Source: an uncultured Alphaproteobacteria bacterium (GTDB taxonomy: Bacteria > Pseudomonadota > Alphaproteobacteria > Rhizobiales > Xanthobacteraceae). From it: a DNA stretch of 64,000 bases. Position 1 is the first letter of the stretch; every line of letters starts with the position of its first letter. Under the pieces are notes generated by a model. It saw nothing but the letters and a program-made list of their open reading frames with translations, was not told the DNA's origin and made no database searches. The stretch is from assembly GCA_963836765.1 (NCBI GenBank), contig CAWILG010000033.1, positions 186,494-250,493 on the forward strand, read 5' to 3'. Of the stretch, positions 50,703 to 60,046 are shown one piece after another. A program made the translations under genes and the position numbers.

Positions 50703-51470
50703 ATGCCCCTTCTCCAGAACCACATCGCGGTCGTCACCGGCGCGGGCTCCGGCATCGGGCGCGCGATCGCGAAGGGCTATGCCGGCGAGGGCGCGCGCGT
50801 GGTGCTACTTGACATGAACGAGCAGGCGGCGGCCGATGTAGCCAAAGAAATCCGCGACGCGGGCGGCAAGGCCGAGAGCTTCGCCCTCGATGTCACCAAG
50901 CGCAACGACTGCGTCGCGATGGCAGAGCAAGTCGCCGACAAGGTCGGAAAGGTCTCGATCCTCGTCAACAATGCCGGTATCGCCCGCCGCAACGGCATGC
51001 TGGGCGCGGCGGAAGCCGTGATCAACGACTGGGAAGACATCATCGCCATCAACCTGACCGGCGTCTTCAATGTCACGCATGCCTTCCTCGAGCCGTTGCG
51101 CGCCGCCAAGGGACGCATCGTCAATATCGGCTCGATCCAGTCGTTCGTGCATCTGCGGACGCCGAGTTCGCCGGCCTATACCGCCTCGAAGCACGGCGTG
51201 CTCGGCTTCACCAAGGCGCTCGCCGCCGAACTCGGCAAGGACGGCGTACGCGTCAACGCGATCGGCCCCGGCTTCATCGAAACCCCGCTGAACGAGAAGG
51301 TGCGCGCCAGCAATCCGGCGCTGGTGCAGGTCTTCATGGACCACACCCCGCTCGGCCGCCCCGGCAAGCCCGAGGACATCGTCGGTCCCGCGATCTTCCT
51401 CGCCTCCGATCTCTCCGCCTATGTCAGCGGCACGATCGTGATGGTGGATGGCGGCTACCGGACGATCTGA
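50703..51470 (+). CDS. SDR family oxidoreductase
   Basis: VTGAGSGIG, LVNNAG, YTASKHG, GVRVNAIGPG. Confidence 0.95.
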   Translation: MPLLQNHIAVVTGAGSGIGRAIAKGYAGEGARVVLLDMNEQAAADVAKEIRDAGGKAESFALDVTKRNDCVAMAEQVADKVGKVSILVNNAGIARRNGMLGAAEAVINDWEDIIAINLTGVFNVTHAFLEPLRAAKGRIVNIGSIQSFVHLRTPSSPAYTASKHGVLGFTKALAAELGKDGVRVNAIGPGFIETPLNEKVRASNPALVQVFMDHTPLGRPGKPEDIVGPAIFLASDLSAYVSGTIVMVDGGYRTI

Positions 51471-51542
51471 GGTCCGGCGGCGAGCGGCGATCGTGGCGAA
51501 TTCTGGGTATTCCCGTGGTTTTACGGGCTCCTCAGCCCTGCG

Positions 51543-51558
51543 TTAAGGACTTGTTAAC
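51543..51558. promoter_or_regulatory. CtrA-binding box
   Basis: TTAA-GGACTTG-TTAAC, an exact TTAA-N7-TTAAC. Confidence 0.6.
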
Positions 51559-51642
51559 CAACTCCGCCCACCGTCGCCCGGGGGTAGTTGGTTCTCGATG
51601 TTTCCGCTTCAACGCAGAAGCGGGCGTTGATCGGGAGGTGTT

Positions 51643-51894
51643 ATGTCGCACGTGTCCACGCCGCTCGCGCCGGAAATGCCGGCGCCTTCGCTGGCCCTCA
51701 ATGAAGTCGTCCCATTGCTGATCGGATCCACCGTCGAGGAGATCGAGCGCGAGCTCGTGCTGCAAACGCTGGCGCGTTGCGACGGAAACCGGACGCGCGC
51801 CGCGCGCGTGCTCGGCCTGTCGGTGCGCACGCTGCGCAACAAGATCAGGCTGTATCTGGCCGACGGAATCGACGTGCCCGCGCATTGTGATTAG
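51643..51894 (+). CDS. Stand-alone Fis-type HTH protein resembling the FlbD C-terminal domain
   Basis: TVEEIERELVLQTLARCDGNRTRAARVLGLSVRTLRNKI. Confidence 0.85.
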   Translation: MSHVSTPLAPEMPAPSLALNEVVPLLIGSTVEEIERELVLQTLARCDGNRTRAARVLGLSVRTLRNKIRLYLADGIDVPAHCD

Positions 51895-51939
51895 GGTGGT
51901 TCCAGCCGGGCGGTACGTCCCGGATGGAGCGAAACCCTG

Positions 51940-53115
51940 ATGTCGAATGCGCCGCGTTACGAGATCGACGTCCAGAAGTTCTGGGCCGATCCCTATCCGG
52001 ATCTGGCGCGGATGCGGAAGGAAACGCCGATCGCGTTCGTGCCGCAGCTCGGTTCCACGGTGTTCACGCGGCGCGACGACATCTTCAGCCAGGAGAAGCG
52101 CATCGACGTGTTCTCCTCGCATCAGCCCGCGGGGCTGATGAATCTGCTGATGGGCCACAACATGATGCGCAAGGATGGCGAGGCGCACATGTCGGAACGG
52201 GCGGCGATGTTTCCCGCGGTGTCGCCGCGCACGGTGCGCGATAGCTGGGTCCGGCAGTTCAAGGCCCATGCCGACCGCATCCTCGACGAACTGGCGCCGG
52301 CCGGAGCTGCCGATCTCTGCAAGGCGTTCGCGCTGCCGCTGTCGGCGGAATGCCTGAAGGACGTCACCGGGCTGACCAACATGCGCTTTGAGGACATGGA
52401 CGCGTGGTCGCAGGCGATGATCGACGGCATCGCCAATTACACCGGCAACAAGGAAGTTGAGGCGCGCTGCCATGCCGCCACCGCCGGGATCGATGCGGCG
52501 ATCGACGACATGATCCCGGTGGTGACGAAGCACCCGAACAGCTCGATCCTCAGCGTGCTGCTGGCCGCGGGCCAGCCGTTGCCGAGCATTCGCGCCAACG
52601 TCAAGCTCGCCATCTCGGGCGGGCAGAACGAGCCGCGCGACGCGATATCCGGCACGGTCTGGGCGCTGCTGACGCATCCGGACCAGCTCGCGCTGGCGCG
52701 CGCAGGCCAAGCGAAATGGCTCGACGTGTTCGAGGAATATGCGCGCTGGATCGCGCCGATCGGAATGTCGCCGCGCCGGGTCGCCAAACCCTGGGCCTAT
52801 GGCGGCGTCGACTTCGAGCCTGAGGATCGCGTATTCTTCATGTTCGGCTCCGCCAATCGCGACGAAGCCTGCTTTGCCGACCCCGATCGTTTCGACATCA
52901 CGCGCGATACCGCCAAGAGCATCGCCTTCGGCGCCGGCCCGCATTATTGCGCCGGCGCTTTTGCCTCCCGCGCCATGGTCGCCGACGTCGCCCTGCCCGG
53001 CATCTTCGCGCGGCTGAAGGGCTTGCGGCTCGACCTCCGCGAGCCGGTGCGGATCGGCGGCTGGGCGTTTCGCGGGCTGCTCAATTTGCCGGTGAAATGG
53101 GACGCGGACTGTTGA
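51940..53115 (+). CDS. Cytochrome P450
   Basis: EEYARW (ExxR), [10 protein letters not shown] heme motif, I-helix ISGGQNEP. Confidence 0.95.
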   Translation: MSNAPRYEIDVQKFWADPYPDLARMRKETPIAFVPQLGSTVFTRRDDIFSQEKRIDVFSSHQPAGLMNLLMGHNMMRKDGEAHMSERAAMFPAVSPRTVRDSWVRQFKAHADRILDELAPAGAADLCKAFALPLSAECLKDVTGLTNMRFEDMDAWSQAMIDGIANYTGNKEVEARCHAATAGIDAAIDDMIPVVTKHPNSSILSVLLAAGQPLPSIRANVKLAISGGQNEPRDAISGTVWALLTHPDQLALARAGQAKWLDVFEEYARWIAPIGMSPRRVAKPWAYGGVDFEPEDRVFFMFGSANRDEACFADPDRFDITRDTAKSIAFGAGPHYCAGAFASRAMVADVALPGIFARLKGLRLDLREPVRIGGWAFRGLLNLPVKWDADC

Positions 53116-53201
53116 TCCAGTGCAAAAGCGCCGCTTGCGTAATTGAACCCATCATCCAACGTCTGATAAACACGGATTCAGTTTTTCAGCGGAGCACCCA
53201 A

Positions 53202-53714
53202 TTGGCCGACGACACATCAACCCGGCAGGGACGACAGGGACCGCCCGGCCTGCGCGGCAAGCCGGGCGAACCGGGACGCCCCGGCCCGCAAGGCCATCCG
53301 GGACGACCCGGCCCCGAAGGTCCGCGCGGCAAAGCAGGCCCGCCAGGCAAACCCGGTCCCCAGGGCAAGCGCGGCGAAGCGGGTGCGCAGGGCAAACCCG
53401 GCGCTCAGGGCGCGCGCGGCGAAGCCGGCCCCGACGGCAAGCCCGGTCCGCAAGGCCAGGCCGGTCCGCGCGGCGAAGCCGGTCCGCCCGGCCCATTGCC
53501 GTCGATCGAACAGATCATCCCGTGGCTGGAAGTGGTGTTCGATGCCTGGGAAGATCACCGGCGCATGCGCGAATTCGAAGCCGCCGAGCGCCAGGCTGCC
53601 GAACGCGAGGCGCTGGCGGCGACCGAGAATGTCGACGACGCCTCCGGCGATCCGGAGGAGGACGATGACGATCACAAGAAAAAGAAGAAGCACCGGCGCA
53701 AGGACAAGAAGTAA
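53202..53714 (+). CDS. Collagen-like protein (about 30 Gly-X-Y triplets)
   Basis: TTG start with ggag RBS; uninterrupted GXY run from GRQ to GPL; C-terminal helical domain and D/K-rich tail. Confidence 0.85.
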   Translation: MADDTSTRQGRQGPPGLRGKPGEPGRPGPQGHPGRPGPEGPRGKAGPPGKPGPQGKRGEAGAQGKPGAQGARGEAGPDGKPGPQGQAGPRGEAGPPGPLPSIEQIIPWLEVVFDAWEDHRRMREFEAAERQAAEREALAATENVDDASGDPEEDDDDHKKKKKHRRKDKK

Positions 53715-53863
53715 CCGCGTTTCAAGGATGCGGTTGCGGACCCTGCCGAAATAATTGGCAAGGTACAGCGACATCACGAAAAACGCGCCGGCGAAAAACC
53801 AGCCGACATAGGTCGATGATCATAGTGGCGGGAATGGCATGAACCGCCACTACCGCCACGTGC

Positions 53864-54106
53864 CTAGCAGCGATGAGCGCGGCGCCATTGTGCCGGCTCA
53901 ACGGGACGATCGTACCGCGGCAGCAGGCCGATCAATTGAAGGACCCAGCGCACGGCGTAGTACAACGCCGAGCCCGCGAGCGCGCCGCAAACGACCAGCA
54001 TGACGACGTTGGCGCGATCGACCGGTTCATTCGCCCACAGCATCCAGCCGGTCCACATGACCGCGAAAACGAGCGAGCACAGTTTGAGCGGGGTTGTCGG
54101 GTTCAT
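53864..54106 (-). CDS. Small membrane hypothetical protein
   Basis: Two hydrophobic segments. Confidence 0.55.
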   Translation of the reverse strand: MNPTTPLKLCSLVFAVMWTGWMLWANEPVDRANVVMLVVCGALAGSALYYAVRWVLQLIGLLPRYDRPVEPAQWRRAHRC

Positions 54107-54275
54107 GGCGCTTCTCCCAATGGCTGCGACCTGGGGCCATCATGCGCGCTACCGCCGTGCCATACTGTGAGGTACGTCACGCTAGGCCTGAACAAATTCT
54201 GGAGCCCGACGCAGCCATTGTGCCGTCCGTAAATTCGCGACGCCGGCTTCGGTCCGGCAGCACGATCTGCGCACG

Positions 54276-54542
54276 TCATCCGAATCTCGCCCGCGACCGC
54301 TCCCTCGCCTTCTCGGCCTCCACTTCGCGGTCGCGCGCCGGCGCATTGGTCTGCAGCGACACCAGCAGACGGCGCGCGGAATCGGAGACCTCGGAAACGG
54401 CGCGGTTGAACGCTTCGGCATTGGCCTGGGACGGCGAATTGAACCCGGAAAGCTTGCGCACGAACTGCAACGCCGAGGCGTGGATTTCGGCCGGCGTCGC
54501 CGGCGGTTCGAAATTGAACAGCGTTTTGATGTTGCGGCACAT
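54276..54542 (-). CDS. DUF2277 family protein
   Basis: MCRNIKTLFNFEPPAT...ALQFVRKLSG. Confidence 0.9.
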   Translation of the reverse strand: MCRNIKTLFNFEPPATPAEIHASALQFVRKLSGFNSPSQANAEAFNRAVSEVSDSARRLLVSLQTNAPARDREVEAEKARERSRARFG

Positions 54543-54685
54543 GGTGTCCTCCTGAAGCGCGGACGGCGGGCGGATCGCTCGCCTGAGGACGATCGGCCAA
54601 TGCAAATTGCGACATGCCGGCCTATTCTGTCATAGAATAGGACCCGCGTTCACCCCTGCCGCTGGCACCAGCAAGCGAGTTCCCG

Positions 54686-54931
54686 ATGAGCCATATCACC
54701 TACAAGATCGTCGAACATGACGGCGGCTGGGCCTACACCGTCGATGGCGTATTTTCGGAACCGTTCGCGACGCATGCCGCAGCACTTGCGGCGGCGAGGC
54801 GAGCCGCCGCCGAGCAGCGCGTGCCCGGCCGCACCGAGGCGATCGAATACGAGACCGCGGACGGAAAATGGCACACCGAAACTGCCGCCGGCAACGACCG
54901 TCCGGAGACCGACGTCGAGGACAAGGCGTAG
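54686..54931 (+). CDS. Small hypothetical protein (DUF2188-like)
   Basis: YKIVEHDGGWAY, SEPFATHAAALAAA. Confidence 0.7.
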   Translation: MSHITYKIVEHDGGWAYTVDGVFSEPFATHAAALAAARRAAAEQRVPGRTEAIEYETADGKWHTETAAGNDRPETDVEDKA

Positions 54932-55076
54932 GCGTAATATTCCCCGCCCTGGTTGCGCCTTTCCAAAAATTTCCCTTGGGTCCGCCAATGCTTCGTTCTC
55001 GGCTGTGTTTTCCCAACATGATAGGCTCGTCCGCAACAGGCCCCGGCAAGGCGGCCGATGCGTTGGGAGAAAATTC

Positions 55077-56138
55077 ATGGAATTGCTGCGAGCGGCGCTG
55101 TGCGCCGCGTTTGCCGTGACCTCGTTCGCCGCGGTTGCGGCCGATTATCCGGCGCCGAAGCAAGGCGACTGGATCGCAAAGGATTTCAAGTTCCACAGCG
55201 GCGAGACCATGCCGGAACTGCGGCTGCACTATACGACCGTGGGGGAGCCCTCCGGCCAGCCAGTGCTGGTGCTGCACGGCTCCGGCGGCGATGCATCGCG
55301 GATGCTGACGGCGGATTTCGCCGGCCAGTTGTTCGGGCCCAGCCAGCCGCTCGATGCGTCGAAATATTACATCATCATCCCGGACGGCATCGGCCACGGC
55401 AAATCGTCAAAGCCGTCCGACGGCATGAAGACGGCGTTTCCGAAATACGACTATAACGACATGGTCGACGCGCACTACCGGCTGGTCACCGAAGGCCTCG
55501 GAGTCAAGCATTTGCGGCTGGTGATCGGCAATTCGATGGGCGGCATGCACGCATGGACCTGGGGCGTGCGCTATCCGCAGATGATGGATGCGCTGGTGCC
55601 GATGGCGTCGCAGCCAACCGCGATGGCGGCCCGCAACTGGATGCTGCGGCGGATGATGATCGAGACCATCCGCAACGATCCCGACTACAATTCCGGCCAA
55701 TACACCGCACAGCCGCGGATGATGAAATACGCCATCAACGCCTACGGCATTGCGACCGGCGGCGGCACGCTCGGCTACCAGACGCTGGCGCCGACCGCAG
55801 CCCAGGCCGACAAGATGGTCGACGAGCGGCTGGCGACGGCTGTCACCGCGGATGCCAACGACTACATCTACCAGTGGGAAGCCTCGCATGACTACGATCC
55901 GTCCGCGGGCCTTGAGAAGATCACGGCCACGCTGCTCGCGATCAATGCCGCCGATGACGAACGCAATCCGCCGGAAACCGGCGTCACCGAGGCTGCGATC
56001 AAGCGCATCAAGAACGGCAAGCTCTATCTGATCCCCGCCAGCACCGAGACGCGCGGCCATCTCACCACAGGCAACGCCAAATTCTATGCACGGCAACTGC
56101 AGGAACTGCTGCAGACCGCGCCGCAACGGACGATGTGA
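55077..56138 (+). CDS. Secreted alpha/beta hydrolase (homoserine O-acetyltransferase-like fold)
   Basis: LRLHYTTVG, VIGNSMGGM nucleophile elbow, NAADDERNP, RGH. Confidence 0.88.
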   Translation: MELLRAALCAAFAVTSFAAVAADYPAPKQGDWIAKDFKFHSGETMPELRLHYTTVGEPSGQPVLVLHGSGGDASRMLTADFAGQLFGPSQPLDASKYYIIIPDGIGHGKSSKPSDGMKTAFPKYDYNDMVDAHYRLVTEGLGVKHLRLVIGNSMGGMHAWTWGVRYPQMMDALVPMASQPTAMAARNWMLRRMMIETIRNDPDYNSGQYTAQPRMMKYAINAYGIATGGGTLGYQTLAPTAAQADKMVDERLATAVTADANDYIYQWEASHDYDPSAGLEKITATLLAINAADDERNPPETGVTEAAIKRIKNGKLYLIPASTETRGHLTTGNAKFYARQLQELLQTAPQRTM

Positions 56139-56275
56139 GCCGACGCGGCTATCTTCGCCACGCTCAGTTATCCCGATGACGGTTGGGGCATGGTCAAGCT
56201 GACGCCGGAACAACAGTCGAGATGACGCCGGTGATGCCGGATGATAGTCTGCCCTGAACCTGACGGAGGCCTTCC

Positions 56276-56878
56276 TTGACCGATCTTGCGCCTTGCGACC
56301 TTGCCGCGATCTATCCAAAACCCTCCGAGCGCGTGATCGCAAAGGCGCGGCCGGAAATCGACGTCCATGCGAAAAACTTCATCGCGATGTCGCCGTTCTG
56401 CGTGCTCGCGACGTCGGGCTCCGACGGCAGCGTCGATGCTTCGCCGCGCGGCGGCAATCCCGGCTTTGTCCACGTCGCCGGACCGAACGCGCTATTGATG
56501 CCGGATCGTTCCGGCAACAACCGCATCGACAGTTTTCGCAACATCGTCCAGGGCTCGGGCTTCGTGCAGTTGATCTTCTTCGTGCCCGGAATCGACGAGA
56601 CGCTTCGGGTCGGCGGCAAGGGCAAGGTGTCAGCGGATCCCGATCTGCTGGCATCGATGGTGGAATTCGGCAAGCCGCCGCGCGCGGTGCTGCGCATCGA
56701 CGTGCAGGAGGCCTATTTCCACTGCGGCAAGGCGCTGATGCGCTCAAAATTGTGGTCGGCGGATCGGGTCGAACGCACGGTCATGCCCAGCATCAGCCAG
56801 GTGATCCACGACCAGACCAGTCTCGGCGAACCGGAAGAGCAGGCCGTGGTCGAGGCGCGTTACAAGACGCAGTTGTGA
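56276..56878 (+). CDS. Pyridoxamine 5'-phosphate oxidase-like FMN-binding protein
   Basis: DASPRGGNPGFV, PDRSGNNRIDS, YFHCGKALMRS. Confidence 0.9.
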   Translation: MTDLAPCDLAAIYPKPSERVIAKARPEIDVHAKNFIAMSPFCVLATSGSDGSVDASPRGGNPGFVHVAGPNALLMPDRSGNNRIDSFRNIVQGSGFVQLIFFVPGIDETLRVGGKGKVSADPDLLASMVEFGKPPRAVLRIDVQEAYFHCGKALMRSKLWSADRVERTVMPSISQVIHDQTSLGEPEEQAVVEARYKTQL

Positions 56879-56899
56879 AGTGACGGAGTCGCTGATTTT

Positions 56900-56933
56900 C
56901 GCCATCATGGCCGGGCTTGTCCCGGCCATGACC
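56900..56933. repeat. Short palindrome (CGTC-REP-like) between convergent genes
   Basis: catggccggg-cttgt-cccggccatg. Confidence 0.7.
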
Positions 56934-56956
56934 AGTCTGCGGTGCCGCGTATCGCC

Positions 56957-57442
56957 TCAGCTCTCGCTCTCGAGCCCGCCGACGTGCTTCTGGGTGTACA
57001 ATTCGAGCCCGATGCGCTGGATCAGGTCGAGCTGGGTTTCGAGGAAGTCGATGTGGTGCTCCTCGTCCTTCATCAGGCTCTCGAACAGGTCACGCGTCAC
57101 GTAGTCCTTGACGCCATGGCAGTAAGTCGCGCCTTCCTGGTAGAGCGCGCGCGCGGCGATCTCCGAGTCCAGATCGCACTGGATGATTTCCTTGACGTTC
57201 TGGCCGATCCGCAGTGGATCGAGCACCTGCATGTTGGGAAATCCGTCGAGGAACAGGATCCGGTCGGTGAACTTGTCGGCGTGCTCCATCTCTTCGATGG
57301 ATTCCTTGCGCCAGACCTTGGCCATTTCCAACAGGCCCCAATTGTTCAGGAGCCGGTAATGCAGCCAGTACTGGCTGATGGCGGTAAGCTCGCTGCGCAG
57401 GCCCTTGTTGAGATAATCGATGACTTTTGGGTCGCCCTGCAT
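56957..57442 (-). CDS. bfr: Bacterioferritin
   Basis: [27 protein letters not shown] ferroxidase ligands. Confidence 0.98.
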   Translation of the reverse strand: MQGDPKVIDYLNKGLRSELTAISQYWLHYRLLNNWGLLEMAKVWRKESIEEMEHADKFTDRILFLDGFPNMQVLDPLRIGQNVKEIIQCDLDSEIAARALYQEGATYCHGVKDYVTRDLFESLMKDEEHHIDFLETQLDLIQRIGLELYTQKHVGGLESES

Positions 57443-57485
57443 GGTGCACTCCGCGTTTTGAGGCCGAAACCGGCCTGAATCATTC

Positions 57486-57502
57486 TTTAGAATGCTTCTA
57501 AG
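57486..57502. promoter_or_regulatory. Irr iron control element (ICE)
   Basis: TTTAGAA-TGC-TTCTAAG against consensus TTTAGAA-N3-TTCTAAA, upstream of bfr. Confidence 0.8.
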
Positions 57503-57577
57503 TCAGTTGAGGGACAAGGGCAACCGTTCCCGAAACAAAGCTTCGGGAACCGTGAAATCCGCAGGATTCAGGGATTT

Positions 57578-57835
57578 TCAGTAGGCCGCGAGCGCGAAAT
57601 CGTGAGAGGATTTGTCGTTCGCATGGCTATGCGGACAGCCGGAGCAGCAGGCCTTGGCGCAGGGACCGAGCGCCTCGTCGATTATGGTCTTGATGGTACG
57701 CGCGCACCGGCCGCATTCGGCGCTGCAGCCGAGGCAACCATAAATCTGCTTCGCATTGCGCGGCAGTTCGCCGGCGGCGACCACAGCATTGCGGACATCG
57801 TGGTCGCTGATGACGTTACAGGAACAAACAATCAT
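57578..57835 (-). CDS. bfd: Bacterioferritin-associated ferredoxin
   Basis: MIVCSCN...CGRCA; adjacent to bfr. Confidence 0.92.
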   Translation of the reverse strand: MIVCSCNVISDHDVRNAVVAAGELPRNAKQIYGCLGCSAECGRCARTIKTIIDEALGPCAKACCSGCPHSHANDKSSHDFALAAY

Positions 57836-57946
57836 AGAAACGGCAGGCCCATCGGTGATGCTGTACTGACAGATATTGAACGCCGCGACGGGATGCAAAA
57901 GGAAAAACCGCACTTTCAAGCAATTCCAAATTGATGGCTAAACCAG

Positions 57947-57963
57947 TTTGGAACGGGTCTAAA
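57947..57963. promoter_or_regulatory. Second ICE-like site upstream of bfd
   Basis: TTTGGAA-CGG-GTCTAAA. Confidence 0.55.
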
Positions 57964-58027
57964 ACCCTTGCGCCACAGGTATCAAACGCGGAACTGCGGA
58001 TCTGGCCAAGGTGGGTTGCAGGTAGCG

Positions 58028-58312
58028 TTAATCGCCCCCGCCACCATCGCCGCCTCCACCACCGCCATCGCCGCCGCTATCTCCGCTGCCGGCGTCACCC
58101 GATGGGCCTGAATTGTCCGAAGTGGAATTGTCGCCGCCGAACCAGTTGGCGAAATGCCAGCCGCCGCTGCCGGAATCATAGCTCGCCCGGTCGCCCGAGC
58201 CATCGCCGGCCACGCGGCGTCTGGCGCTTCGGTTCTCCACCCGGGTCATCAGCAGATAGCAACTCAGCGCGGTGCCGCTGACCGCGATCATGAATACCGT
58301 CATCCCGCTCAT
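58028..58312 (-). CDS. Small TM protein with a Gly/Asp-rich tail
   Basis: N-terminal TM; GDSGGDGGGGGGDGGGGD. Confidence 0.65.
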   Translation of the reverse strand: MSGMTVFMIAVSGTALSCYLLMTRVENRSARRRVAGDGSGDRASYDSGSGGWHFANWFGGDNSTSDNSGPSGDAGSGDSGGDGGGGGGDGGGGD

Positions 58313-58495
58313 CTGCATCCTCTCGGCGCACGGCCGAAACAGCGCCGCCTTGCGCCGCAATAGTGCCCGTTAATCACCGCCATTGGTCGCCAAATGAGGC
58401 ACAGCCGTTCATTGATCATTCAAGCGAAATGTGGAACTTTCGCTGCGACAGACTGCTTATCCGCTGTCCTTTGCTCCCAAGAGAGAGGTGAGGCC

Positions 58496-58816
58496 ATGAA
58501 GAAGACATTGGTGGCACTTGCTGCCGTCGCCACGCTGGCGGTTTCGGCCGTGGCGATCCCCGCCCCTGCCCATGCGCAACGTGGTGTTGCCGCGGGAGTC
58601 GCTGCAGGCTTGATCGGCGGCGCCATCGTCGGCGGCGCGATCGCATCGCAGAACGGCTATTACGGCCCCGGCTATTATGGTCCCGGCTACGGTTACTATG
58701 GCGGAGGTCCGGCCTACGTTGCCGATCCCGGTTACGGGCCGCCCTGCGTCTGGCAACGCCAGCGCTTCTGGGACGGCTATGGCTGGCGGGTTCGCAACGT
58801 CAGGGTTTGCGACTGA
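58496..58816 (+). CDS. Secreted glycine-zipper / Tyr-Gly-rich small protein
   Basis: Signal peptide; GVAAGVAAGLIGGAIVGGAIA; CVWQRQRFWDGYGWRVRNVRVCD. Confidence 0.8.
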   Translation: MKKTLVALAAVATLAVSAVAIPAPAHAQRGVAAGVAAGLIGGAIVGGAIASQNGYYGPGYYGPGYGYYGGGPAYVADPGYGPPCVWQRQRFWDGYGWRVRNVRVCD

Positions 58817-58845
58817 TCCTGTTCACCTTCATTAAATCGACCGCA

Positions 58846-58878
58846 ACGTCCCGGAAAACCATCGGTTTTCCGGGACGT
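58846..58878. terminator. Strong hairpin, probable terminator
   Basis: acgtcccggaaaacc / ggttttccgggacgt. Confidence 0.6.
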
Positions 58879-59050
58879 ATGCGCATTGTGGCCTGAAAAA
58901 ACCGTTTTTTCGGCCCAACAGGCCACCACGTTTACTTTCGATTGACCGTTGTGCGCTTTTTAGTAGCGAGACGGCAGTTCGAGACCAGCGTGCGAGTTAC
59001 CCTTAAACCCGGCGTCGGCTGAAGGCGCCATCTCCAGGAGAGCCCTAGAC

Positions 59051-59320
59051 ATGAAGAAGACATTTGCTGCCTTCGTCGCGGTCGCAACGATCGCCGCTTC
59101 GCTCGCCGCGACACCCGCCAGCGCCCAGCGTGGCGTTGCCGCAGGCGTGGCAGCCGGCCTGATCGGCGGCGCGATCGTCGGTGGCGCCATCGCCTCCAGC
59201 CGCCCGGCCTATGGCGGCCCGGTGTATGTGGAAGAAGCCCCCCCGCCCTGCCGCATGGTTCGCGAGCGCTATTGGGATGGTTACGGCTGGCGTTTCCGCC
59301 GCGTCGAGTACTGCAACTGA
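59051..59320 (+). CDS. Paralog of the 58496 glycine-zipper protein
   Basis: Identical AQRGVAAGVAAGLIGGAIVGGAIAS; CRMVRERYWDGYGWRFRRVEYCN. Confidence 0.8.
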   Translation: MKKTFAAFVAVATIAASLAATPASAQRGVAAGVAAGLIGGAIVGGAIASSRPAYGGPVYVEEAPPPCRMVRERYWDGYGWRFRRVEYCN

Positions 59321-59359
59321 TCTGACCGACCGGCGCGAAGCTTTCGCGTTCTGATCTTC

Positions 59360-59388
59360 AAAACCCGACCAGCGCGGCCGGTTTTTTT
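59360..59388 (+). terminator. Probable intrinsic terminator
   Basis: GC stem followed by T7. Confidence 0.5.
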
Positions 59389-59416
59389 GTGCCGGTGTCA
59401 GGAAAGCTGCCGTCAT

Positions 59417-59980
59417 TCAACCGACCCAGACCGTATCCTCCGTCCAGCCCAGTTCCGCAAATTCCGCGGCGCGCAACGGCGCCTCGCCTGCGGGGAAGAA
59501 CTCGTCGAGCTGCGGCGGGCGGACGTCGGTGGCGCTCAACATCGCATGGGCCTGACCCCGATGATAAATCTGATGCTGAAACAAATGAAGCAGCAACCGG
59601 TCGATCCGCTCGCGTTGAATGCGATCACCGCGGTGGATGTCGACGATACGACCGAGACCGGCCGTATCCACGCGCTCGACGACGGCGATCAATCGCCGGT
59701 CCATTTCGCTCTGCGCATTCCGAAGCATGGTCGCCGTTCCGCAGGGCTCCCGGTCCGCCCAGGCTGCCGGCCCCAATGTGCCGCCCTCCATGGCGTCCAC
59801 GTAAAAGCGATCGACAATCAGGATGTGGTTGAGCGTCGCGCGCAGGCTTGGAAAGAAACCGGTCCGCGGCGCCACGAAATCAGCCTGCGAAAGCCGCACG
59901 CAGGCCGCGAGCAGACGATGGTTGGCCCAGCCATTGTTGTAGGCCATCGCACGATAAGGAAGGACAGCATCCATCGGCAC
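59417..59980 (-). CDS. DinB family protein
   Basis: YNNGWAN, SLRATLNHIL, HLFQHQIYHRGQAH. Confidence 0.9.
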   Translation of the reverse strand: MPMDAVLPYRAMAYNNGWANHRLLAACVRLSQADFVAPRTGFFPSLRATLNHILIVDRFYVDAMEGGTLGPAAWADREPCGTATMLRNAQSEMDRRLIAVVERVDTAGLGRIVDIHRGDRIQRERIDRLLLHLFQHQIYHRGQAHAMLSATDVRPPQLDEFFPAGEAPLRAAEFAELGWTEDTVWVG

Positions 59981-60046
59981 CTCCTTTGGTCCAAACCACT
60001 TGAAGTTCTTCGGCTTCGGCTTGCTCTACCGCGCCCGCCGCAAGCG

